From an uncultured virus (IMG/VR IMGVR_UViG_3300023231_000362) (lineage: Duplodnaviria; Heunggongvirae; Uroviricota; Caudoviricetes), in IMG/VR virus record IMGVR_UViG_3300023231_000362: a stretch of 20,000 nucleotides of DNA. One strand, 5' to 3'. The translations under genes and the position numbers were made by a program. This document shows, one piece after another, positions 1 through 7,602 of this stretch; the stretch's first letter is position 1; every line of letters starts with the position of its first letter. The notes under the pieces are model-generated. The model was not told the origin of the DNA, searched no databases, and saw only the letters and a list, made by a program, of their open reading frames with translations.

Positions 1-1017
1 ATGATAGTAAACTCACACAACGAATGGGACCAGCTGAAATCGGTCATAGTTGGAACAGCGGAAAATTTACACTACCCCAACAATGACAAAGTATTCTCAT
101 TATGTGATACAATAAGCACCTGGGATAAATCTAAACAATGGCGTGGTTATATACCAGAACATGTCAGAGCTGAAACAGAAGAGGATCTGCAAGGACTAGT
201 TGATGAGTTAGAGAAACTGGGTGTAACTGTATACAGACCCAAAGCACTAGAGTTCAGTAAGATAACTGTGGGCCATGACTGGGTTGCTGATGGGTTTAAT
301 GCGTACAACCCCAGAGACAGTCTATTAGTTGTAGGAGATACTGTTATAGAGTGTCCTATGGCGATGAGAAGTAGACAACAAGAAGTATTGTGTTATGATC
401 ACATAAGACGAGAAGCGATTAAGGATGGATGTCGTTGGATATCTGCACCTAAACCTAGATTGTTAGACAGTGAAATATTTGTAAAAAATAAAACACTACA
501 CATACCACAAGACGAACCTATATTCGATGCCGCAAATATTTTACGTTTAGGCAAAGACTTACTTTACCTTGTCAGCAACACAGGCAATAAACTTGGTGGG
601 CAATGGTTGCAAAACATTTTAGGTAAAGATTATAGGGTACAATTTTGCCATAACCTCTATGCTTTTGCGCACATTGATAGTACAATAACAGCACTTAACG
701 AAGAGCAGTTTGTCGTAAATGCTTCTAGAGTAAATGATGCTAACCTACCGCCTGTCTTACAAGACAAAGATATCATTTACGTAACAGAAGATATGATTGA
801 ACCTCAGACTTTCTGGCACTACCCCTACGCAAGTGCCTGGATTGCGATGAACATGCTCTCCGTTAACCCCTCTACTGTAATTATAGAAAAAACACAAACA
901 AAATTAATGAAACTACTTAACAAACGAGGTATCGATACGGTGCCCGTGAGCTTTAGACACGCACGCACATTAGGCGGAGGGTTGCACTGTGCTACACTAG
1001 ATTTATACAGGAGGTAA
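1..1017 (+). CDS. Amidinotransferase (glycine / inosamine-phosphate amidinotransferase family)
   Basis: Pentein-fold motifs: NSHNEWDQL, PRD, FDAAN (catalytic Asp), HIDST (His), GGGLHCATLD (catalytic Cys). Confidence 0.92.
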   Translation: MIVNSHNEWDQLKSVIVGTAENLHYPNNDKVFSLCDTISTWDKSKQWRGYIPEHVRAETEEDLQGLVDELEKLGVTVYRPKALEFSKITVGHDWVADGFNAYNPRDSLLVVGDTVIECPMAMRSRQQEVLCYDHIRREAIKDGCRWISAPKPRLLDSEIFVKNKTLHIPQDEPIFDAANILRLGKDLLYLVSNTGNKLGGQWLQNILGKDYRVQFCHNLYAFAHIDSTITALNEEQFVVNASRVNDANLPPVLQDKDIIYVTEDMIEPQTFWHYPYASAWIAMNMLSVNPSTVIIEKTQTKLMKLLNKRGIDTVPVSFRHARTLGGGLHCATLDLYRR

Positions 1018-1020
1018 ATA
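1015..1020 (+). promoter_or_regulatory. Putative T4-like late promoter core TAAATA
   Basis: TAAATA overlaps the stop of gene 1 and ends 4 nt before the ATG at 1025; the same motif precedes other genes in the window. Confidence 0.5.
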
Positions 1021-1024
1021 TATT

Positions 1025-1726
1025 ATGAACGATTTTACGAAATATAACGCTCTCCTGCTTAAAGCATATCAAAAATATGCAAATACAAGAGACCTTGTTT
1101 CAAAAAAACAAGACATAATTAGATCTCTGGTTACAGCACCAGAGCCTACAATTTTATTTGCTGGATTTAATCCTCTGTGTTTATTAGTAGACAACTTTGG
1201 TATTATGGAAGCAGATGAAAGTGTATTAAAGTTTTTAACAGAGCAAGATAAGACATATACAGAAGTTGATCCCACTAATACTACCCTCTGGGATTATGTT
1301 ATTGCAACTGACGAATATTATACATTTGCAAAAGATGAACAGGACCAACAACAAAAAATAAATATATTAAGCGCAATAACAAAGCGTAGTCTAATAACTA
1401 CTTTGCGTGATTATAAAAACATGAATCACAGAGATAAAGAATTTTCAATGCCTATTTCTGTTGTCAATGATACAGATAGAACTATATACTTAGAGTATCA
1501 TATACATTGTGGAACCAAGCACTGGGACAGTCTAGTATATGAATTAGATGGTGAAGACAATCAAACACATGGGCCGTACAAGCGTATGCCTATGTATTTT
1601 AAACAGTTAGCAAAGTTTAGCATCGACGGAGGTGCTACGTCCTTTCAGGTACAGAAGAACATGATGTGGAAAGGTCTTATTCGACGAAACTTTGAACATG
1701 TAATATCAATAAACTATGATAAATGA
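1025..1726 (+). CDS. Hypothetical protein, possibly a degenerate class I SAM-methyltransferase fold
   Basis: 233-aa ORF; ILFAGF, WDYVIA and LITTLRDY segments are spaced like Rossmann MTase strands, but there is no canonical DxGxGxG. Confidence 0.55.
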   Translation: MNDFTKYNALLLKAYQKYANTRDLVSKKQDIIRSLVTAPEPTILFAGFNPLCLLVDNFGIMEADESVLKFLTEQDKTYTEVDPTNTTLWDYVIATDEYYTFAKDEQDQQQKINILSAITKRSLITTLRDYKNMNHRDKEFSMPISVVNDTDRTIYLEYHIHCGTKHWDSLVYELDGEDNQTHGPYKRMPMYFKQLAKFSIDGGATSFQVQKNMMWKGLIRRNFEHVISINYDK

Positions 1727-2927
1727 AAATGAAATAAATCAACTATTAGCCAATGAAATAACCAAAGCAGTAAAACAAAAGATACTTCATAATGAAAATG
1801 AAATAGATCTTCTATTGGCCAATGAAGTAGCCAACGTAGTAAAACAAAAGATGCTTCTATTGGCCAATGAAGTACCCAAAGCAGTAAAACAAAAGTTACT
1901 TCAAAATGAAAATGAAATAAACCAACAGTTAGCCAATGAAATAACCAAAGCAGTAAAACAAAAGATGCTTCACGTTGACATACCACACCTGGTGTCAGAA
2001 GCAACAACACGTGAACTGGCCGACAAAATCACACATATAAAATTTCCAGAAGGCAGTATTCCTTTTGACAGCATTAGGAACAACACTGTAACGATATCTG
2101 GGAACCAAGTTAATGGTGGTATACACAAAAAATTTAAGTCTAGAGGCATAGAGGATCATGCTATAAATTGTGAACTTAGTGTCTTAGATGATAACGTAGT
2201 AGTAGAGAACACATTAGTTGCACGAAATGCCAACATAAAAGAAAATTTAATAGTGGATGGTAACTTAATTGTTCACGGAACTATTCCAGCAGACTGTAAT
2301 TTCTTTATTGACATCGTGGAAGGTGTTATTTGTAGATTAGGTGAAGAATTTGACAAAGTGTTTAAACAGAGTATAGTTGATGGTGTCTTGTTTACACTTA
2401 AGAACCAAGGTATAGACGTTAGCAAAATAAGTCTGAATGGTAACGTGTTTACAGACGGGACCAGCATTGCTGGTACAGTAACGACTAGCAACTTACAGAA
2501 AGTTGGACAACTTAAAGAACTACAAGTAAAAGGTGAATCACTCTTAGCAGACACATTGTATGTTACCAAAGGTCGCATCGGAATAAACACAGTCGAACCT
2601 AGCGCATCACTGTCAGTCTGGGACGAAGAAACTGAGGTAGTAATAAAGAAGCATTCTAGACATAAAGCGTATATCGGTAGCTCAAGAGATACCACCGTGG
2701 TCTTGGGTGCTAACCGTAACGATAACATAGTACTAAACCAAGACGGCTCTGCGTCAATAGATAATTTAAAAATAGGCGGTAATAAATTCACAAGCAATCC
2801 TATACTGCCCAATGTTGAATCAGTTAAAGGGCATATTGTGTTTAACAGTCATCCAGACATAGGGAGACCAGTGGGCTGGGTTTGTTTGGGAGGAGATCGT
2901 TGGTCATCTTTCGGTAATTGTGAATGA
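1716..2927 (+). CDS. Putative virion/tail-fibre-associated protein with N-terminal helical repeats
   Basis: Beta-rich body, GRIGINT..P..L motif and C-terminal GHIVFNSHP..G.PVGWVC....W..FG motif, as seen in phage structural proteins. Confidence 0.65.
   Translation: MINENEINQLLANEITKAVKQKILHNENEIDLLLANEVANVVKQKMLLLANEVPKAVKQKLLQNENEINQQLANEITKAVKQKMLHVDIPHLVSEATTRELADKITHIKFPEGSIPFDSIRNNTVTISGNQVNGGIHKKFKSRGIEDHAINCELSVLDDNVVVENTLVARNANIKENLIVDGNLIVHGTIPADCNFFIDIVEGVICRLGEEFDKVFKQSIVDGVLFTLKNQGIDVSKISLNGNVFTDGTSIAGTVTTSNLQKVGQLKELQVKGESLLADTLYVTKGRIGINTVEPSASLSVWDEETEVVIKKHSRHKAYIGSSRDTTVVLGANRNDNIVLNQDGSASIDNLKIGGNKFTSNPILPNVESVKGHIVFNSHPDIGRPVGWVCLGGDRWSSFGNCE
1722..1973 (+). repeat. Intragenic tandem repeat: three ~69-bp units (starts 1722, 1791, 1905) plus one partial ~45-bp unit
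   Basis: Encodes NENEIxxLLANExxKAVKQKxL repeats; gtaaaacaaaag occurs four times. Confidence 0.9.
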
Positions 2928-3550
2928 ACTTAACCTTTATTATAGGTAACGGTCAAAGTCGAAGTAACATCAGTATAGATAGACTCAGAGACTTTGGTCC
3001 AGTCTGGGGGTGTAATAGGATATACAAGGACTGGCATGTAGATAACCTTGTTGCTATTGATCAAGCCCAAGTAGAACTTATTCTCAGAGACGAGTACCAT
3101 ACTAAAGCAAACGTCTATACTAGAAAAAGATGGTCACCGTTGTACAATGGGGTGCCTGGGGTAAATTACATTCCTGAATTTAAAGAAGAAGGAACAAACA
3201 AGTGGCAGAAGCAGTGGCATTGGAACTCAGGACCACTTGCCATGTTCGTAGCATGTGAGCAAGGCGCAGAAATACTGTGTATGTTTGGATTTGATTTTTA
3301 CGGTGTTGCTGGCAAGTCCAACAACGTTTACAAGGGATCACCAGGCTATGACAAAGCAGATCACAGAGCAGTTGATCCAGGCTTTTGGATACAGCAATTT
3401 GTTCAATTAGCTCAATGGTACCCTGATACGCAATTTGTGCAGGTACAGCCCGCTGGATGGCAAGTACCAGCTGCCTGGCACGGTGTAAGCAATCTGTCGA
3501 TAGATACCCCTGAAACTTTTTTTGATACCTTAGTAGCAACTGATGCCTGA
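2924..3550 (+). CDS. MptE/DUF115-like (sialyltransferase-like Rossmann) protein
   Basis: FIIGNGQSR, GCN, SG..A...A...GA and MFGFD motifs; ATGA overlap with the upstream gene. Confidence 0.7.
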   Translation: MNLTFIIGNGQSRSNISIDRLRDFGPVWGCNRIYKDWHVDNLVAIDQAQVELILRDEYHTKANVYTRKRWSPLYNGVPGVNYIPEFKEEGTNKWQKQWHWNSGPLAMFVACEQGAEILCMFGFDFYGVAGKSNNVYKGSPGYDKADHRAVDPGFWIQQFVQLAQWYPDTQFVQVQPAGWQVPAAWHGVSNLSIDTPETFFDTLVATDA

Positions 3551-4808
3551 TAAAGATATATTCTGCAATGTACCTTGGTACCAGGGGCATGTGTTCTGGG
3601 ACGGTACCTATGGACACTGTTGTTTTTCCAACAAAGATACCACACACGGATATAATGTAAAAACTCATACAGTAAAACAATGGATAGAGTCCGACAGCAT
3701 GGTGGACTTTAAGAAAGAACTACTGGGTAGTAAAAAAAGCAATAGGTGTCATGGCTGTTATCTAGAGGAAGATCAAGGACATACAAGTAAACGTCAGAAC
3801 GAAAACTTAAAAAGTGCTATATGGTCAACTAAGTTTGATCAGAGTTTTAACGAGGCTCATACTAGAGACAAGTTCTTAAACCTAGACCACAGTATGTACA
3901 GAGAGTGGCATATAGACTTAGGCAATGAGTGTAACTTAGCCTGTAAGATGTGCAACTCTGATGCTAGTAGCAAAATAGAGACACTGTACAGACGTTGGGG
4001 AATGCCTGTAGAGTACACAAGCAAGAAGCTCTGGATTAACGATCCTAGAGCAGACCAATTTATAGAACAAATATGCACTACCACTAAACTAAAGCGTATA
4101 CACATAATGGGAGGAGAACCTCTTATACAACCAAAGTTTAAACATTTACTAAAGACACTTAGTGAACGCAGACCAGACATCAGTTTTAGTTTTGTAAGTA
4201 ATGCAACTAAATTTGACAGCAGTATACTAGAATATTTACAAAAATTTAGTAGTGTAGATGTCGAACTTAGTATAGAAACAACTGATCCAGTAAACGATTA
4301 TATCAGACAAGGCAGTCGAACACAGGATGTAATTAAAGTAATAGAGCAGTGGGTAGAGCATAGATCAGAAAACTTTAATATAATTTTGCGTCCTACTCCA
4401 AGTATCTTAAGTGTTAGTAGGTATAAGAGCCTGTTAGATTTTGCATATAAACATAGACTTATTGTTATGAGTGTTATACTCAGTGATCCAGGCTATTTAC
4501 GAATAAGCCTACTTCCTAAACAGTACAGACTATCTATTATAAAAGAGTTACGACAATGGAGCGACAATATAACTGTAGACATCAACGAACAAGTTGGTAA
4601 CAGAGATGCTACTAGGTGGCAAGCACAACTAAAACAGGAGTGCGAGGGTATAATTAACTGTTTAGAACAGGAGCACAAACCAGGCAACGAAAAAGAATTA
4701 ATAACATGGTTGCAACGTTGGGACAATGAGTATAAACTTAATGTGTTAGACTACTTGCCGGAGTTCGCAGATTTCTTTCGAGAACATGGATACAAAATAC
4801 CAAACTGA
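3543..4808 (+). CDS. Radical SAM protein with N-terminal twitch/SPASM-like Cys cluster
   Basis: CNLACKMC (CxxxCxxC), GGEP, and N-terminal FC..PW...CC...C..CY..E motif. Confidence 0.92.
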   Translation: MPDKDIFCNVPWYQGHVFWDGTYGHCCFSNKDTTHGYNVKTHTVKQWIESDSMVDFKKELLGSKKSNRCHGCYLEEDQGHTSKRQNENLKSAIWSTKFDQSFNEAHTRDKFLNLDHSMYREWHIDLGNECNLACKMCNSDASSKIETLYRRWGMPVEYTSKKLWINDPRADQFIEQICTTTKLKRIHIMGGEPLIQPKFKHLLKTLSERRPDISFSFVSNATKFDSSILEYLQKFSSVDVELSIETTDPVNDYIRQGSRTQDVIKVIEQWVEHRSENFNIILRPTPSILSVSRYKSLLDFAYKHRLIVMSVILSDPGYLRISLLPKQYRLSIIKELRQWSDNITVDINEQVGNRDATRWQAQLKQECEGIINCLEQEHKPGNEKELITWLQRWDNEYKLNVLDYLPEFADFFREHGYKIPN

Positions 4809-5244
4809 AATACAAGTGACACTTGAACCTCACTATAAAACTGTGATTCCATATGTGTTTGTTAAGTTAGATGGGGAAGAACGTAGTATGGTATTAAAAG
4901 ATATAGAAACTGTGACGTTCGACACACTGTTGGACATTGGTCCACATCAACTAAGCGTATGGTTTGAGAATAAAGAAAACTCAGACAGCACCACAGCAGT
5001 AGAGATAAAAGACATTACAATTCAAGGACTTACTCTAAATAGAGTAAAGTGGGCAGGTAATTATACTCCTCAATATCCTGAACCATGGGCAACAGAACAA
5101 CATCAACAAGGCAATCCACTGCCTAAAGTTATACCAGGTGGACACTTCTTAGGCTGGTTAGGTACATACACACTAGACTTTGAAGTACCCACATTCACTT
5201 GGCTACACAAACTAGAAAACTTAGGTTGGCTATACACTGATTGA
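4786..5244 (+). CDS. Hypothetical phage protein (beta-rich), coupled to the radical SAM gene
   Basis: 152-aa ORF overlapping the upstream gene; YPEPW and C-terminal WLH...LGW.Y segments. Confidence 0.7.
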   Translation: MDTKYQTEIQVTLEPHYKTVIPYVFVKLDGEERSMVLKDIETVTFDTLLDIGPHQLSVWFENKENSDSTTAVEIKDITIQGLTLNRVKWAGNYTPQYPEPWATEQHQQGNPLPKVIPGGHFLGWLGTYTLDFEVPTFTWLHKLENLGWLYTD

Positions 5245-5270
5245 CATAAGCAGTGAGGTGAGCACATAAT
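5241..5270 (+). promoter_or_regulatory. Sigma70-like promoter for uvsE (likely leaderless)
   Basis: TTGACA 5241-5246, 18-nt spacer, CATAAT 5265-5270; ATG at 5277 with no SD. Confidence 0.6.
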
Positions 5271-5276
5271 AACCGT

Positions 5277-6392
5277 ATGTTTACACAAAATCTAAAACGT
5301 ATTGGGTTTGCTTGCAAGTACTTGCATCCGGACCAAACACAACCCAAAAAGTTACTGGAGGAAATCCAGCGTCCGTTGAATACCAAATCAACAACAGTTG
5401 CATGGCTTAATAGGCAAACAAAGGAAGTTGCAGAACAACGACTGTGGGATATTATGGTACACAATATACAGTCGTACTATAACCTAATAGAATACGTAGG
5501 AGGATTACCCGATGCATTACGAATGGTCAGACTTGGCAGTGATTGCCTTCCAGTATATACTCATGATCAATGGTCTTATTACTGGCGGTTACCTGACGTA
5601 CGTCAGTACTGTGGAACTTATTTGGCAAAAGTCGGTGACTTGGCTCGTCTTTTGGATGTTAGGCTTAGTATGCACCCTGGCCAGTTTACTGTACTTGCTA
5701 GCGATAACCCGGATATTGTTGATCGCAGTATAGAAGAATTTGAATATCACGCTGACATGATACGGTGGATGGGGTACGGTAAACAGTTTCAAGACTTTAA
5801 ATGTAATGTACACATTGCAGGCCGCAACGGTCCAGCTGGCATCAAAGCATCCCTCAAGCGACTCTCGCAAGAAGCTCGAAACGTAATTACAATCGAAAAC
5901 GACGAAAACAAATGGGGAATCGCAGACAGCCTCGAACTTGCAGACGACCTCGCTTTGGTGCTAGATGTACACCATCACCTGTGCCGTGAAAACGAATACA
6001 TTTTACCAAACGACGATAGATTTAAACGCATAGTAGATTCTTGGAGAGGGGTACGCCCTGCAATACATTATTCGTATAGTAGAGATACTGCACTATCCGA
6101 CGGATTTGCACACGACACTGTGCCTGACTTTTCAGCGTTACTAGAAGCTGGCCACAAGAAAAGCAAACTACGAGCACATAGTGATTGGTATCCTAATGCA
6201 AAGGTAAATGATTATGCACTTGGCTTCCTAGAACATGCAGATATTATGGCGGAGGTAAAATATAAAAACCTTGCATCTATTGATTTATACAACTATGCTG
6301 TTAAGACTGGAGTCTTTTCTTTGCCCAGTACACCAGCGACGCTTGACGTCTTTTCTCAAGAGTCGCAGGAGACTGCTTCCGCCCTTTGTTAG
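5277..6392 (+). CDS. uvsE: UV DNA damage endonuclease (UvsE/UVDE)
   Basis: IGFACK, RLSMHPGQFTVLAS, NVH, IENDE, LVLDVHHH, HYS, RAHSD and DIMAEVKYKNLA motifs. Confidence 0.95.
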   Translation: MFTQNLKRIGFACKYLHPDQTQPKKLLEEIQRPLNTKSTTVAWLNRQTKEVAEQRLWDIMVHNIQSYYNLIEYVGGLPDALRMVRLGSDCLPVYTHDQWSYYWRLPDVRQYCGTYLAKVGDLARLLDVRLSMHPGQFTVLASDNPDIVDRSIEEFEYHADMIRWMGYGKQFQDFKCNVHIAGRNGPAGIKASLKRLSQEARNVITIENDENKWGIADSLELADDLALVLDVHHHLCRENEYILPNDDRFKRIVDSWRGVRPAIHYSYSRDTALSDGFAHDTVPDFSALLEAGHKKSKLRAHSDWYPNAKVNDYALGFLEHADIMAEVKYKNLASIDLYNYAVKTGVFSLPSTPATLDVFSQESQETASALC

Positions 6393-6432
6393 CGTTACCG
6401 TAGTACGAACTTGCTTCTTTTGACAAGAACAT
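6301..6432 (-). pseudogene. 43-aa NUMOD3-motif ORF, probable homing endonuclease remnant
   Basis: Hand translation MFLSKEASSYYGNANKGRKQSPATLEKRRQASLVYWAKKRLQS; KGRKQSPxTLEKR matches the NUMOD3 pattern; TAAATA lies upstream on the - strand. Confidence 0.6.
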
Positions 6433-6449
6433 ATGTTATGTGCTATAAC
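6420..6449 (+). promoter_or_regulatory. Sigma70-like promoter upstream of the hicB region
   Basis: TTGACA 6420-6425, 18-nt spacer, TATAAC 6444-6449. Confidence 0.5.
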
Positions 6450-6458
6450 TATGTATAA

Positions 6459-6464
6459 TATTTA
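6459..6464 (-). promoter_or_regulatory. Putative late promoter TAAATA for the NUMOD3 ORF
   Basis: Plus-strand tattta is TAAATA on the - strand, ~26 nt upstream of the ATG at 6432. Confidence 0.4.
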
Positions 6465-6530
6465 TTTATTGCGGTACAGAATAATGCTGTACTACAGGGT
6501 TCTTTTATTACAATAACTATAAGGAGGATA

Positions 6531-6555
6531 CAAACAAAAGGAAGTTGCAGAACAA
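6531..6555 (+). repeat. Direct copy of uvsE internal sequence 5415-5438
   Basis: caaacaaaaggaagttgcagaacaa vs caaacaaaggaagttgcagaacaa (one extra A; 19 nt exact). Confidence 0.8.
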
Positions 6556-6582
6556 GGCACAAACAAATAAGGAGAAAACAAC

Positions 6583-6699
6583 ATGAACAAAGATATGAAC
6601 TTTGAAAACATGAACATCGAAGAAACAAAGAAAGAAGCAGATCAAGGTCATGCCACGGCTAAACAATCTTTAAAAGGAATGCCCGGTGAATTTATATGA
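6583..6699 (+). CDS. 38-aa small ORF, possible Sel1-like repeat fragment
   Basis: Strong SD (taaggag); MNKDMNFENMNIEETKKEADQGHATAKQSLKGMPGEFI; ADQGHATA resembles the Sel1 consensus. Confidence 0.4.
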   Translation: MNKDMNFENMNIEETKKEADQGHATAKQSLKGMPGEFI

Positions 6700-6723
6700 G
6701 ATACACAAAACAATGAGGAAAAA

Positions 6724-7002
6724 ATGAATATGTTTAAATATCCAGTCACTTTAACGAAAGATGGCGACACCATCTTGGCGACATTTCGGGATGTTCCAGA
6801 AGCCATTACTTTTGGTGCTGATAAAGAAGAGGCGTTACTCAATGCCGTTGATGCTTTAGAGGCTGGGTTATCTTTTTACGTTGAGGCGAATAAAACTCTA
6901 CCCGTACCGAGCAAGGTCAAGCGCAACGAGGTGACAGTGTGCCCATCCGCTTTAGAGTGTGCAAAATTGGGTGTATATCAAGCCATGACTGCGGATAGAT
7001 AG
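6724..7002 (+). CDS. hicB: HicB-family antitoxin, N-terminal domain only (C-terminal HTH absent)
   Basis: YPVTL..DGD...ATFRDVPEAITFG...EEAL.NA.DAL......Y.....LP.PS; ends just after AKLGVYQAM, where the HTH normally begins. Confidence 0.88.
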   Translation: MNMFKYPVTLTKDGDTILATFRDVPEAITFGADKEEALLNAVDALEAGLSFYVEANKTLPVPSKVKRNEVTVCPSALECAKLGVYQAMTADR

Positions 7003-7103
7003 CGTTCTGGTGCTCAATACAATTTAAGACCAGTAGAAGCTAGGGCAATCGAGAAGCACTTAAATACCTAGACTAAACGTTAATAAACTTAATAAGTATT
7101 ATT

Positions 7104-7415
7104 ATGCAGATATTATACAAAAAAGAACTAGAGCAATTGCTGGATAAAATTGCTACAGGAAAAACTGACGTTAACCGGCTCCAAGAGGACGAACTAGAGG
7201 AGTTGATGGACTACATTCACGAGCGAGCTGAGGAGTTGGATGATCCTGACTATGACGAGATTAAGCAGCAGTTACTCCAGTTGTTTGACCTGCTCGGACA
7301 TGTTATTGATAACAGGATTGAAGCGGAAGATAATGAAAAGTTTATAGACTCTATACGAGGAAGTATACAAAGAGGCAATTTTTACTTTGAATTGGGCAGT
7401 TTTATAGTGCATTAA
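7104..7415 (+). CDS. Acidic helical hypothetical protein
   Basis: 103-aa D/E-rich ORF; TAAATA at 7061 and TAAGTA just upstream. Confidence 0.7.
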   Translation: MQILYKKELEQLLDKIATGKTDVNRLQEDELEELMDYIHERAEELDDPDYDEIKQQLLQLFDLLGHVIDNRIEAEDNEKFIDSIRGSIQRGNFYFELGSFIVH

Positions 7416-7601
7416 CTTCCCGATATGGAACAACTCTTAGAGTCTGGTCACAAAAAACAAAAACTAAGAGCCCACTCATTCACTTTCCGGGTAGGATAGC
7501 AGTCTGAGTGGGCTCTTAGTTTTCTAGATAACTTTGACGTCATGTGCGAAGCCAAATCAAAGAACTTGGCTAGTGCAAAACTAGCCAAACAAATTGCTTA
7601 G
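7416..7601 (+). pseudogene. uvsE: Displaced 3' end of a second, divergent uvsE allele
   Basis: Translates LPDMEQLLESGHKKQKLRAHS-FTFRVG*QS-EWALSFLDNFDVMCEAKSKNLASAKLAKQIA*, collinear with intact UvsE VPDFSALLEAGHKKSKLRAHS-DWYPNAKVN-DYALGFLEHADIMAEVKYKNLAS. Confidence 0.92.
7460..7523. repeat. Perfect 19-bp inverted repeat with 26-nt spacer (possible bidirectional terminator)
   Basis: aaaactaagagcccactca (7460-7478) / tgagtgggctcttagtttt (7505-7523), between convergent genes. Confidence 0.9.
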
Positions 7602-7602
7602 C

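Noticed and set aside
1722..1973. Possible CRISPR-like array
   Set aside because: The units are in-frame degenerate coding repeats without unique spacers, and no cas genes are present
1069..4726. Minus-strand ORFs in the track (1069-1275, 1714-2010, 2273-2812, 3180-3680, 3412-3645, 3857-4180, 4493-4726)
   Set aside because: They are antisense shadows of well-supported + strand genes, with no motifs or SD; 1714-2010 merely mirrors the tandem repeat
6474..6492. Short palindrome gtacag-N7-ctgtac as a HicB operator
   Set aside because: Only 6-bp arms, expected by chance; this HicB also lacks a DNA-binding domain
6393..7415. Group I intron or intein splitting uvsE
   Set aside because: The upstream uvsE is already complete, and the downstream piece duplicates rather than continues it; no intron core recognised
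7000..7499. TAG stop-codon recoding (TAG at the hicB end and within the uvsE remnant)
   Set aside because: Long genes are intact under the standard code; the remnant's TAG is explained by the loop inversion; read-through of hicB does not yield an HTH
7566..7588. Second hairpin ttggctagt-gcaaa-actagccaa as a terminator
   Set aside because: The 9-bp stem is real but has no clear U-tract on the + strand and only a weak one on the - strand; insufficient support
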